Positions 49,327 to 62,509 of a stretch of DNA of 64,000 bases are shown piece after piece. The position numbers were made by a program, and so were the translations under genes. This DNA comes from Takakia lepidozioides (Eukaryota; Plantae; Bryophyta): positions 67,456,001 to 67,520,000 of the forward strand of contig CM060733.1 of the NCBI GenBank assembly GCA_030704615.1, written 5' to 3'. Positions within the stretch are counted from its first letter, which is position 1. Each line of letters starts with the position of its first letter. The notes under the pieces were generated by a model. It did no database searches, was not told the DNA's origin, and was given only the letters and a program-made list of their open reading frames with translations.

Positions 49327-52300
49327 ATGCACGGCAAGCGTGGGCCAGTGCAGGTGTGGCTACAGGACAGGGAACTGGGTCAGGCTGTTGGGGATGCCAG
49401 CTGGCTACCGCAGATTATGCACCGCAACAATGATGCTCTAAATGGAATGCGGCATGTGGGGGTCAGTGTCTCTTTCTGAATCGTGTGGTGAGAGGATGGG
49501 CTCTCGATTCATCCCCTTCCAAAGACTGACTTTTACAGACATTAATAACTCCTTTGCCTTGCCTTTGAGGTGCTCTCTCTCTCCTCGGTATTCCAAAGTA
49601 CTGCATGAGACGTGCCCGTGCTGACGGTAGTTGCTGCCTTCCCTCATACTGGCCACTCCAATAAATGAAGACCCTCAGATAACATCGCATTTGAGTGAAT
49701 CAAATTAGATCTTTATAACTATGGGTTTAAGCAGGGATGATTGTAATTGCGTTGGAGTATGCCAGGATAGCCTAACAGCAGCATCCGTGTGGAAAAGGGG
49801 CTATAATTTTGAAGGCCTAGGGATGATGTACAGTATACTAGATGGTATGATCAAAAAACACATCCAAGTTGGATAGGTTTAGGAGGCAGGATCAAGTGAT
49901 GGTATTATAGCCATGTCATACAGCAGTGACTCCCTGGTGTAATTACAGCATCCAGCATTCTTCCTTGTGATTTCAGCGTTAACCTAACTAACCACAGCTG
50001 GTCCACGTATTATCTCTCACCTACAGCCATGAACAGAGATTCAGATGCTGCATGTGAGAGTGGCAAGAGATGTTGGAATGTCTGTTTTCCATTTCTCATT
50101 TTGAGACTTCCAAGTAACATCTCTGGCTTACAGAGCCATCAATCTGGGCAGGTCATGGTCTACCATCTTCTCCTTTCCGCCTAGATCTGCATCCGGGCAG
50201 TTCCGGATTGTCACCTGTCCCATAGTAGAGCTGTAAGTAGGCGATCGGCTTATTTCCAATCAACTGGTTTTGAGATGTTTCACGTTACCTTCTGACCCTG
50301 AAGCCACCACTCTGTCCTCAGGACTTGCCGCACACCTCACTGGGCTCAGGGAAGTTTTGACAAGGGATGCGTGCAAAGAAATCTGTCTATCACAAAAATA
50401 TTGTTAATTCCTATGTTTTGTTGAACACATGTGGTATTGGTTAATCACCCCGAAACCCACAAATCCGCAGGTGGAGTTGGAGCTTCCTGACTACTCTCGG
50501 CTACAAGGCGAAGATGGGGCCAGCCCTCCTGACTTTTTCGGGGGCGAAAGTTCCAATCGAGAAGCTATAACTGACCTAGATCGTTTCTTTGAGCGGGTGT
50601 ACCATTACTATTGCGACAAGGGCTTTTGGTGTATTGTCACACAATGGATCGTGGAACTTCTCACCCTGGGATTTACTATTGGGTTCTCCGGTTTTCTGCT
50701 TCTCTTTGTTAACTGGCAGGGATTGCTGAGTGCAAAGTGTGGCATTGAGGCTATAGATGATGGCAACCCTCACAATTGTGATCTAGCGAAAGAAGCGTTG
50801 TACTTGCACCCCCTTATACCTCTCACATTTGGCAAGGGTATTGTGGTAGCCTACCTTACCATCTTCTCACTCTACTGGATTTTTTGCTTCTTGCGCTTCT
50901 TCACACAGCTGCGGGAGACTCTTGAGATCCGAAATTTCTGTTATAACAGGTACCACACTGGCACAATTGCTGTGTTCTTGACATGGGGGTTCCAGGATAA
51001 GGGAGTTATTTTCCTAGGTGCTTGCACATGTTTGTGAAGAGAGTGGAGCTAATAAAGGTAGCTGCCTGTAGATCCCCACTAGAAGCCATGACATTCTTTT
51101 CTCTTTCTTTGGCTGTCGTCCACCTTCTCTCTCCCTCTCTCTGTGGTTCCAGTGTGTTATTCTAGTAGGTATGTCCCTTGGGCCCTTTGGCCTCTCGTGG
51201 ACATGACATTTGTTCTTTTTTCTTTTCTCTCTGGCACTTTGATGCCATGTAACCAGGCTGTGTGTTATTTTGTGGGAATTTTGGGGGTTAGTTTTGATAC
51301 CTCCATGACTAGAAATTCCAACCATCTCGGAGAAGGTTGAAATCACAGGACTTCCTCTGTGCTGCCATGGCAGTATTACTTCACCATCACATTGTTGATA
51401 AATAAAGTGGATACTTTTATATTCTCATTCTTCTTCTCACCGATGCTCAATGATAACCTCATATTTGGGACAAACTACATAAAATTACAATTCTGCAGAT
51501 GGGAGCCTGTTGGCTGTTAGAGAGATATGGTCACTCACAAAACCAGGTGGAGAGGGTCTTTTGAATGTCTCTCTCCCCCTTTACCTTTTGCTTTTTCAAG
51601 TAAGAGGTCAACCAGATGAATCCATAAATTTGTGTGTGTGTGTGTGTGTGTGTTTGGGGGGGGGGTGGGGGATGGGGTTGGTCTTGGCAGCTTGGGGGTG
51701 ACAGAGCATGAACTGCAAACAATGACTTGGCCAATGCTTGTGGACAAAATAGTGCAGCTGCAGCGCCACCAGCAACTATGCATCGTGCGTCAGCTGTCAG
51801 CACATGACATTGTGAGCCGGATAATGCGCAAGGAAAACTACATGATAGGCCTTCTCAACAAGGGTGTACTTGCCCTACCAGTGCCCCAGTGGGTGCCGGG
51901 GGTCGGACCTGCAGTGGACCATGATGAGGGGGGTGCCAAGAAGCGGCTACTTCTGACCATGATGCTTGAGTGGAGCCTCAATTGGTGTATTCTTCAAAAC
52001 ATGTTTGACAGGCAGTGCTACTTACCTTATTCTTTACTCCAGACCTTCCCCCATAAAAGCAATCTACTTGATAGTGCTGAGTATGTGTCATGTGCTGACC
52101 GCTCGTTAAAGGTTTTTAGGCCAGCAAAGCTATGACCCAGGAGGACACAGAAAAACTAACTTGCTCTTGCGCATGGAAGCATAGGCTTTGACAAAATAGA
52201 CAAGAGATGGTATGAGCCCTTCGGTAAAAAGTGACGTGAACAGGGTTCTAACATTGCCTATGAGACTCCGTTCTTCTTTTTGTTCCTTCTTCTTTTTGTT

Positions 52301-52713
52301 ATTTGTCCTCTTGAATCAATTCGTTATCAATTGCCTTGTTATGTTTCCATCTCTGAAAGTGCTTCTTTAGCTTGGATGTAGCCTTCTCTTTGTAGCTTTC
52401 GTTACCTCTCAAGTGAGAGTTTGAAGTTTGTCAGGCTCTCACATAGGTGTACAAGGTTCTAAGATTGCTTTAGGATGGATCATGGGTTGCAGAAATTTCC
52501 TGATACGGAGAGATTTCACAAGCAACCCAGCTCGCCTTCGCAAGAGGCTAATGGCATTTGGTGTTGGGATGCTGCTGCTTTCTCCTTTCCTCCTCATCTT
52601 CATGCTCTGCTATTTCTTCCTCAGAAATGCTGAGCAGTTCTATAACCAGCCATCCTCTGCTGGTTCCCGGCGCTGGTCAAACTTGGCCAAGTGGACTTTC
52701 CGTGAATTCAATG

Positions 52714-52755
<42 letters not shown>

Positions 52756-55700
52756 TTTGTCGCGTTATTAGACCTGCCTTGGAGTACGGATCTGCTATAT
52801 GGGTTGTAAACTCCAACCAGCTTAAAGTCTCTAGACATTCAAGTGGGGGGGGCTTAAGGAGTGTATGTCAGCAGCTCCAAACAGCCAATGTGGGGGGGGG
52901 GGGGCGTTGGGGTGAGTTTGGCATTCCGTCCTTAAGCTCCCGACGAGATGAATTCAAGTCAGATGGTGGGGTCAGCTGCAACATATGCCAAACACAGATA
53001 TCCTAAGTTAATCGACTCTATATCTTGGAACAGGACCGCCCTGTCAAAAAGGCTAAGTCCTGGCAGAAGAGAGTAAGAAGAGATCCTCAAGGACCTGGAC
53101 CTGGATCCGCAAGTCTTGACCCTGCTGGATAAATCTGATTAGAGGCTGTAGTGTCAAAGCCATGTCTGTTGCCATGAGATTGTCTGATGAAAATGAAGTT
53201 AGGCCAGCGAAAACTTCCCTGAACTTGTTTCCAGTCTGTGACATGGGGGAGGACATCTTGGATGACCTCAAGGGTCTACCCCACTCTCGGCACTAGACTG
53301 AAATTTAAACTCAGGGCGGAAGCCTACCTTTGAACAGCAAACAGAAGCAGAGAGGAAAGGAGAGTGCAATTGCCCGTTGTGTGGGCAATCTGAAGACAGT
53401 ATTCATTTTCTGATACACTGTCCGGGGTTCTCTCACCAAAGAGACGCTCTCTTCAAATCTATTAAGGGAATTGTGCCTGTACCCCTGTTTACCAACTTTG
53501 AAAGTCTCGAGGCTGAGCCAAAAGCCCAGGCCCTCCTGAGGCCTAGTTTTTGGGCAAATCACACACAGCAGATTGATGCTTGTGTGAAGGGATTTCTAGA
53601 GGATATCTGGAAAACCTGGATTAATTCTATATATGGAGGTAAGTCTTACTACCAACGTCAGCCCCTGACAGAGGTAGGTTCTGTCCCTTTTGTTCCCGCT
53701 CAAACTGGGCGCGGGGTCAATGGCCACAAGGCTACGGCAAACAATGTCTTATGAGTACAATCTCACACAGAGTATCATAATTCTTAGGCATTGTCACTCT
53801 TATTTATGATGGGCGGAGGTATTCCTCTGTCAGGGGCTGACATTGGTAGTAAGACTTACCTTCATATAAAGAATTAATCCGGGTTTTCCAGATATCCTCT
53901 AGAAATCCCTTCACACAAGCATCAATCGCTGTGTGTGATTTGCCCAAAAACTAGGCCTCAGGAGGGCCTGGGCTTTTGTCTCAGCCTCGAGACTTTCAAA
54001 GTTGGTAAACAGGGGTACAGGCACAATTCCCTTGATAGAGTTGAAGAGAGCGTCTCTTTGGTGAGAGAACCCCGGACAGTGTATCAGAAAATGAATACTG
54101 TCTTCAGATTGCCCACACAATGGGCAATTGCACTCTCCCTTTCCTCTCTGCTTCTGTTTGCTGTTCAAAGGTAGGCTTCCTGCCCTGAGTTTAAATTTCA
54201 GTCTAGTGCCGAGAGTGGGTAGACCCTTGAGGTCATCCAAGATGTCCTCCCCCATGTCACTGACTGGAAACAAGTTCAGGGAGGTTTTCTGCCTAACTTC
54301 ATTTTCATCAGACAATCTCATGGCAACAGACATGGCATCGGACACTACAGCCTCTAAATCAGATTTATCCAGCAGGGTCAAGACTTGCGGATCCAGGTCC
54401 AGGTCCTTGAGAATCTCTTCTACTCTCTTCTGCCAGGACTTAGACTTCTTTGACATAGACCAAGGTGTAGCTCAAGGATGTAATCTCTCCCAACTGCTCT
54501 TCAATGTTTTCATCAATCAACTCCCCGAGGATGTGGAAAGTGAGGGATTTGGGTTAAGGGTGGGTGATACCGCCATACCAGCCCTTATGTTTGCGGATGA
54601 CTTCGCAGGCATAGGGGAGACTCCAACCAATCTCCAGGAGTTGATTGATTGCGCGAAGAGATACTCTGGGCTTTGGGGGCTAGAGGCTAACGTCAGCAAA
54701 CATGCAGTGGTAGCATTCAACGACAGAGGAGAGGGAGGAAGTGATCTTAAGTGGCAGTGGGGTAGCCAAGAGATCCCGGTCCTCTACACTTAACCGGGCA
54801 TTGAGTTTTCCTCCAATTGTAATTGGGATGCACATATCCGGAAAGTTGTTCAAACTGGCAAGGGCAAAGCTCTGGGGCTCACTAAATTTTCCACTGCAGA
54901 GGGGTCAACTCTGAGGTTAAGAAAACCATGCTTTGTCGCGTTATTAGACCTGCCTTGGAGTACGGATCTGCAATATGGGTTGATAACTCCAACCAGGCTA
55001 AGTCTCTAGAATCCATTCAAGTGGGGGTGCTTAAGGAGTGTATGTCAGCATGCTCCAAAACAGACAATGTGGCTGTTCGGGGTGAGTTTGGAATTCCGTC
55101 CTTAAGCTCCCGACGAGATGAATTCAAGGTCAGATGGTGGGGTCAGCTGCAACATATGTCCAACACCAGATATCCTAAGTTAATCGACTCTATATCTTGG
55201 AAACAGGACCGCCCTGTCAAACAGGCTAAGTCCTGGCAGAAGAGAGTAGAAGAGATTCTCAAGGACCTGGATCTGGATCCGCAAGTCTTGACCTTGCTGG
55301 ATAAATCTGACTTAGAGGCTGTAGTGTCCAAAGCCATGTCTGTTGCCATGAAATTGTCTGATGAAAATGAAGTTAGGCAGAAAACTTCCCTGAACTTGTT
55401 TCCAGTCTGTGACATGGGGGAGGACATCTTGGATGACCTCAAGGGTCTACCCACTCTCGGCACTAGACTGAAATTTAAACTCAGGGCAGGAAGCCTACCT
55501 TTGAACAGCAAACAGAAGCAGAGAGGAAAGGGAGAGTGCAATTGCCCGTTGTGTGGGCAACCTGAAGACAGTATTCATTTTCTGATACACAGTCCGGGGT
55601 TCTCTCACCAAAGAGACGCTCTCTTCAAATCTATCAAGGGAATTGTGCCTGTACCTCTGTTTACCAACTTCGAAAGTCTCGAGGCTGAGCCAAAAGCCCA

Positions 55701-55929
55701 GGCCCTTCTGAGGCCTAGTTTTTGGGCAAATCACACACAGCAGATTGATGCTTGTGTGAAGGGATCTCTAGAGGATATCTGGAAAACCCGGATCAATTCT
55801 ATGTATGAAGGTAAGTCTTACTACCAACGTCAGCCCCTGACAGAGGTAGGTTCTGTCCCTTTTGTTTCCGCTCAAACTGGGCGCGGGGTCAATGGCCACA
55901 AGGCTACGGCAAACAACGTCTTATGAGTA

Positions 55930-55964
<35 letters not shown>

Positions 55965-57963
55965 GGCTACGGCAAACAACGTCCTATGAGTACATTCTCT
56001 CTCCCACACACACACACACACAACAAATCACACACAGCAGATTGATGCTTGTGTAAAGGGATTTCTAGAGGATATCTGGAAATCTTGGATCAATTGTCTG
56101 TTCCAAGGTAAGTCGGACTACCTGCATCAGCCCCTGACAGTTTCTGTCGCTTTGTGTTCCGCTCAAACTGGGCGCGGGGTCAATGGCCACAAGGCAACGT
56201 CTATGAGTACATTCTCTCACAACAAAGTTAGGCACAAAACTTCCCTTAACTTGTTTCCAGTCTGTGACATGGGTGAGGACCTTAAGGATGACCTGAAGGG
56301 CCTACCTACCCTTGGCACTAGACTGAAATTTAAACGAAGGGCGGAGAGCCTACCTTTGAACAATAAACAGATGCAGAGAGGAAAGGGAGATTATCAATGG
56401 CCAATGTGCGGGCAGCCTGAAGACAATGTCTATTTGACAATGTCCGGGGTATTCTCATCAGAGAGCAACCCTCTTCAGGTACATCATGAACATAGTCCCT
56501 GCACCTCTGCTCACCAATTCTCAAAATCTTGAGGCTAAAGCTCTGGCCGTGTTGGGGTCTAACTGCTGGGCAGATCACACACATTAGCTTGATGCTTGTG
56601 TGAAGAGCTTTCTAGAGGAAATCTGGAAAACCTGAACATTTGTTAATATCACAGTAAGTCCCACTACTGGAGTGAGCCCCTCACAAAGGTAGTATCTGTT
56701 CCCTTTGATCTGCCCAAACTGGGAGGGGGGTCTATGGACACAAGGCTACGGCAAACAACATCTTATGAGTACATTCTCTTCTCTCTCATTCATTCAACTT
56801 ACCTGCATGAGGCATTCTGCCGTTGTGCAAAGCTTGGGCTTTGACTAGGTCTTTGGTTTATGTGGTTATATGGTTTGTTTGTTCTTTGGTTCTTTCACTT
56901 CTTCTGTCCCTGGCCCTGTAGGTTGTTGTTGTTTTTTTCTCCCCTCCCTCATAGAGATTCAATTTATTTGCCATGAAATTCAATGTATGTTTTTCCCAAC
57001 TAGCTTATTGGACTATTTGTTGGCCTACAACAGTTGGACCACATGTTCAAGCACCGTTTGAATGCGAGCCACAAATATGCAGTGGAGTATGTGAAGCAGT
57101 TTCCATCACCCATTATTTCCATGATTGCCAAATTTATTTCATTTGTAGCGGGTGCCTTTGCAGCCGTTCTCATTGGCATTGCCCTCATTGACGAGTCCCT
57201 TGTGGAGGCCCAAGTAAGACCTTTCGAACCCTACTTCTGAATTATCTGTTGAATGCGACGTGGACTAACCTGTCAAGTGTGGTCTCTGCATTTGTTGTCA
57301 GGTTTGTAGCTCACCTTGTAAGATCATGCAGTTAACACTGATTCGCCTATCCCTTTGCGTGGCACAGATAGGAAGCCGCAACCTAATCTGGTACACGGCC
57401 ATCTTTGGGACCATATTGGCGCTTAGTAGATCACTGGTTATGGAAGAGTATCAGATCTTTGATCCCGAGGGTGTGATGCGCCACATTACGAGGCATACAC
57501 ACTACATGCCCAAGCACTGGCGGGGTGCTGAAAACACTGAAACTGTGCGGTCAGAATTTGAGGCTCTTTTTCAGGTAACAACTGTTCTGTCAGTCCACTT
57601 TTGGAGCAGGAATGGGTTAGTCTTTTGTGACGATAGAAGCAATGGCACTTCAATTCTAACTGCCTCAAGGGCACCGGCATCCAGCCCTTTAACCAGTTTG
57701 ATACTGCAATGATAATGCCCCACCTAACAAACTGCCCTGGTTACAGGTAAGAGTACAGGAACCTGTGACTACCTGCAGATTGACCTTTTACCTTGTATTC
57801 CTGCAACTGAATATTTAGGTCTGCTTCCTTGTCCCCTAAAGTTGAAAGTTATGGGAGATTATGAGTTGTTGTGGCATGTGTGCAGTACAAGGGCTTGTTG
57901 TTTTTTGAGGAGATGGTGTCCATCTTTGTTACGCCCTTTATCCTCTGGTTCTTCTTGCCCACT
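49327..57963 (+). CDS. ATG9: Autophagy-related protein 9, 5' exons (49327-49461 tentative; 50471-50949; 51691-52011; 52493-52715; 57034-57213; 57368-57574; 57886-57963); gene continues past the window
   Basis: DLDRFFERVYHYYCDKGFWCI, LSAHDIVSRIMRKENYMIGLLNKGVL, LEWSLNWCIL, RRWSNLAKWTFREFNE, HTHYMPKHWRG, EFEALFQY match plant ATG9; exon phases are consistent. Confidence 0.93.
52754..53760 (+). mobile_element. 5'-truncated LINE copy following a (TC)n tract in an ATG9 intron
   Basis: LCRVIRPALEYG...C-terminal Zn-knuckle region...GRGVNGHKATANNVL, with many small indels. Confidence 0.9.
53816..54446 (-). mobile_element. Inverted LINE 3' fragment
   Basis: ORF 53911-54456 is near-identical to the C-terminus of 54928-55926. 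Confidence 0.9.
54447..56782 (+). mobile_element. LINE copy from the RT core to the 3' end (54447-55960, (TC)n tail) plus further tandem 3' fragments
   Basis: QGVAQGCNLS..LFNVFI, LMFADD, CPLCGQPEDSIHFLIH; tail ...ATGAGTACATTCTCTC near 55925, 55987, 56205 and 56765. Confidence 0.92.
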
Positions 57964-58391
57964 GTGAGCTTTTGCCTTCCTCCCCATGGCTACTCCTGCT
58001 GCACCTTTGCTCTTTCTGTTATTCATCGTGACTAATGACTTGGCTCTACTTTGCTTGAAGGACATGTTGATGGTGTACTTGGGGGTGTGTTTCCATCAAC
58101 ACCCACTCACCCTCAATCCACTAGATAATAGCGGGTGAGGAGGGTTTCCATCAGCATCAACTCAGCCACTCACCCCTTATTATCTGGCAGAAAACCCACC
58201 AGGAGAGTGGACTAACCTCTTACATGGCAGGCATCCATTAGTCAGTACAAATAGTGGACAAAGATTATGGTCAGCAGATGGAACCCTTCACTCGCTATTT
58301 CCTGGTGGTCATGCTTAATTTGTAATAGAGTATTCAGCACAAGTGGGTGTAGATGGAAACGCACCCTTAGGGGCCTTTGCTTTTGTGGGTT

Positions 58392-61300
58392 GAGAGAATG
58401 TACTCATAAGACGTTGTTTGCCGTAGCCTTGTGGCCATTGACCCCGCGCCCAGTTTGAGCGGAAACCAAAGGGACAGAACCTACCTCTGTCAGGGGCTGA
58501 CATTGGTAGTAAGACTTACCTTTATATAAAGAATTGATTCGGGTTTTCCAGATATCCTCTAGAAATCCCTTCACACAAGCATCAATCTGCTGTGTGTGAT
58601 TTGCCCAAAAACTAGGCCTCAGAAGGGCCTGGGCTTTTGGCTCAGCCTCGAGACTTTCGAAGTTGGTAAACAGAGGTACAGGCACAATTCTCTTGATAGA
58701 TTGGAGGAGAGCTTCTCTCTGGTGAGAGTACCCCGGACAGTGAATCAGAAAATGAGTATTGTCTTCGGGTTGCCCACACAACGGGCAATTGCTTTCCTCT
58801 CTGCTTCTGTTTACTGTTCAAAGGTAGGCTTCCTGCCCTGAGTTTAAATTTCAGTCTGGTGCCGAGAGTGGGTAGACCCTTGAGGTCATCCATGATATCC
58901 TCCCCCGTGTCACAGACTGGAAACAGGTTCAGGGAAGTTTTCTGCCTAACTTCATTTGCATCAGACAATTTACTGGTTGGAGTTATCAACCCATATAGCA
59001 GATCCGTACTCCAAGGCAGGTCTAATAACGCGGCAAAGCAAGGTTTTCTTGACCTCAGAGTTAATCCCTCTGCAGTGTAAAAATTTAGTGAGACTCAGCG
59101 CTTTGCCCTTGCCAGTTTGAACAACTTTCTGGATATGTGCCAGTTACAGTTGGAGGAAAACTCAACGCCCAGGTAGAAGAGAGGACCGGGATCACAGCTT
59201 TTGGTGTGAGCATACAAGTTATGGACAACCCTCCACATTTTTCCCTTGATTCCGCAAGACCAGAGGCGGAGCCTGGTCTCTCCACACTGTGTCATAAGCC
59301 TTTTTGACATCCAAGAAAGAAACATAAGTGGGTTTCCCTTCTTTTTTCCTTCCCTGGATAATCTGGCTTAGAGTGAAGATATGGTCCACACAGCCCCTGT
59401 TTCGCCGAAAGCCAGCTTGGCCTTCGTGAAAACAACCTCTAGATTCCAGATCAACCTCGAGACGAGTACTTATAACTCTGCAAAATATCTTGCCAACAGC
59501 ATTGAGGAGCGTGATGCCACGATAGTTCCCCGGGTCTTCTCTGTCACCCTTCTTATATAGATTGACAATGACCCCCTGTCGCCAGCGAAAGGGGATCATT
59601 TCAGTCTTCCAGATAAGGTTAAAGAGGAGAACTAGGGCCTCTATCATGGGATCGCCACCGTGCTTGATAAGCTCGTTGACTATGCCATCAGGACCACCTG
59701 CTTTATATCCATTTAGATGTTCAATTGCTTCCACAATCTCAGAAGAACTAATGGGAGCGTTGTAGGCTTTTGAAATATACTCCAGTTCATCAGGGCTGTT
59801 TTGAATCATAGGAACAGTAAGGGTGCAGTGGTAACTTCATCGGTTGACATTGTCAAAACCTTTGAAACCCACTACAGTATCCTCGGCAGAACTTCTAGGT
59901 CTAACAGTGAGGGGTCCTCTGATGAATGGAAGGACACAGTTGGTAAGTCTTCAGCGCTTGTACTTGCTGACAGCTTTTCGGCTTGTACAAGCGTTGAAGG
60001 GCCAACCAGAATCTCTTGTCATTACCACCATGGTGGTTTGAGTTTATTTCACTGTATAACTTGTCCCAGTATAATTTCTTCAGAGCCCTTACAAGCAGAT
60101 TGATATCTTTACGGATCTGGTAGTACCTCGCCCTCAATTCTTTTTGTTGGTTTTCAAATTGCAGCACTCTTTATAAAGGACTCGTCTCTCAGCTATCTTG
60201 AGTTTAATCTCATTGGTTCACCAATTAACAGCTCTACCGCAGACAATTAGTTTCCTCCCAATGATCTTGTCAGCCGCAGAGGAGACAAAACTCTCCCAAG
60301 AATCCACTGCTCTTTCGACTTCATTTCTTGCATTGTCAGCGCGAGACTGAAGGTCTTGGAGCGAATGGACAAAATGAGGGAGAGCCTCTTGCAAGGCCTG
60401 GACATACTCAGCCTTGACCTCTTCATTATGGAATTTTTCTATGCGCCACTTCCGAATCGAACGTTTCACAGATCTCTTGGTGTTGGGAAAACACCTTTTG
60501 ATCTCAGTCCAAACCAGGAAGTGGTCAGAGGTACCAATATCAGCTCTGTCGATCAACACATTGGCTCTCTGGGGAAACAAATTTTTGTCCATTATGATAT
60601 AATCCACAATGGAACGTGCCCCAGTTTGGGCTTTCTCGCGAGTCCACTGCACTTGGTCACCTTTTGCCCTATTGTTCAAGGCCAGAAGCTGAAGCTCTTC
60701 CAGACAGTTAATTAACCGTCTGCCATTAGAGTTCAGCTCGTCCTCACCAAAAGGCCCAATGATATCATCCTGATGGAGACCTTTACCCACCCGGGCATTG
60801 AAGTCACCCAATAAAATCACCTGACCTTTGGCAAGGAACGAAGCACAGTCTAGCTTTACATCTTCGAAGGCTTTGTCTGCGTCAGCACTAAAAGTCCCCT
60901 CTGTGGGCATGTAAACACAACCCACAAAGAGGTCCTTCGTACTCATGCTGCCCTTCAGTTTCAGCTTTGCTCGTACCTCAAACCCTTGTTGATAATTTCA
61001 CAATTGTCAAACAAGAAATCACGGACAAAGAGTCCAACCCCTTTTTGACCGCGTTTGGCAGAGGCTGCCTTGAGAGTACACATCTTACCTGCCCATTTAT
61101 AACCAATGACATCTCCAACCAGTTTATCCGACGTTTCCCAAGTTTCTTGCCCAGCACAGATATGAATATCATTAGTCCGAAGAACTTGTCCCACTTCGAG
61201 TTGTTTCCTTTGGTTAGTCAGCCCTGAGAAGTTGAAAGTGGCCAGCCGCAAGCCAGCCCTTTGCATGTGAATTGTTTGTCGTCTAGGTAGCTTAAGATTG

Positions 61301-62340
61301 CTCCTGGACGGCCAACCGTTCTGCAAAGGGGGACAGTTACCCCGTGTGTAGATTTTGCTCGTCTTGTGTAAACTTTGAGCATTGGTAAACCATTCAGAGT
61401 ACCAAATCCTTCAGTTACACGACGTTTAGACTCCGCACACTTAGGGACAAGTTGTCCGTCTGACTGCTTAGTGACAATTACCCCATGTATAGATTTTGCA
61501 CGTCTTGTGTAAACTTTGAGGATTGGTAAACCGTTCAGAGTACCAAATCCTTCAGATACACGACGTTCAGATTCCATACACTTATGGGCAGATTGTCCGT
61601 CAGGCTGCTTGGATTCAACCTCGTCCAGAGCATCAAACCGATTAGAAACTCTCAAGTTGAAGTCCCTGCCCTTGGTTGTCTTCCTAGAGCGCCCCATTGA
61701 GTCACCAATGTCTAAAACCGCCCTCCAGCCAGTCAAGGGATGAATTTCTTTGAGATTGAGTTGATGTGAGACTCCATATGAAGCATTTTTGGGCATTGCA
61801 ACCTTCAAAGTACCCCTGTATTCAAGTCTCGAGATGGAGCTATTGGCCATGAAATCCAAGCCTAAGCTAGAGCATGTGGTTTTAAAGGACACATCGTCCA
61901 TCCTGGGATTCACCCCAAAAACTACACATGAAGCCTTAGATTTGGCATAAGTAACCAATTCCCAGGAATCACCCTGGGGAGTGTTGCTGTTGACAGTAGG
62001 TAATGTAATGATTGTTTTCGTAGGCCATAAGTTTAAGCACAAGGACCAACCCTAGCCCAAGTGCCGAGTATGCTAGACAGAGCATACGACTGCCCAATTT
62101 GGGCGGAGGGGCTGCCCCCAAGCGGTAGGGGTCCGCTTGTTACCATTCAGAGATCACACTCCAGGGAGTTGCAGGGAATGGCCCGTGTAGGCATATTCTA
62201 AAGAGGGAAAGGCCCCAAGCTTTCCAACTAAATCCAATGCACTACCTTACCTGGAGCAAAGCGCTTCAGGTCGAAACAAACAAAGACACGAGGTCACAAG
62301 GCCCTTGAGAGACAGAGAGAGCGAGACAGAAGCGAAGCGC
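58392..62340 (-). mobile_element. Near-full-length LINE (APE endonuclease + RT + C-terminal Zn knuckle) with internal deletions
   Basis: ATFNFSGL...GQETW, LLGDFNARVG, IVDYII, TSDHFLV (APE); KAGGPDGI, NYRGITLL, QAGFR, FLDVKKAYD (RT); the QG/FADD part is deleted near 59190. Confidence 0.92.
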
Positions 62341-62509
62341 ACTCAGAGAAGTAGGTGAAAGTCAGCTTCACCTGTGTGCTTTTTAAGCAGCTGTCATGGT
62401 TGCCATTGCAAGTGTCACAGATGAAATTCATAAGGTTGCAAGGGGACACAGAAGTTTCATACCTCAGCCTTATATGTCCGCACATCAGGGTTTTCATCCA
62501 TAGAGGATG

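Noticed and set aside
52428-53006. Apparent ATG9-LINE fusion ORF
   Set aside because: Exon read-through past the GT donor at 52716 via the (TC)n tract into LINE sequence
53816-55930. Twin-priming 5' inversion of a single LINE
   Set aside because: The inverted piece duplicates the 3' region already present in the plus-strand copy instead of supplying the missing 5' part
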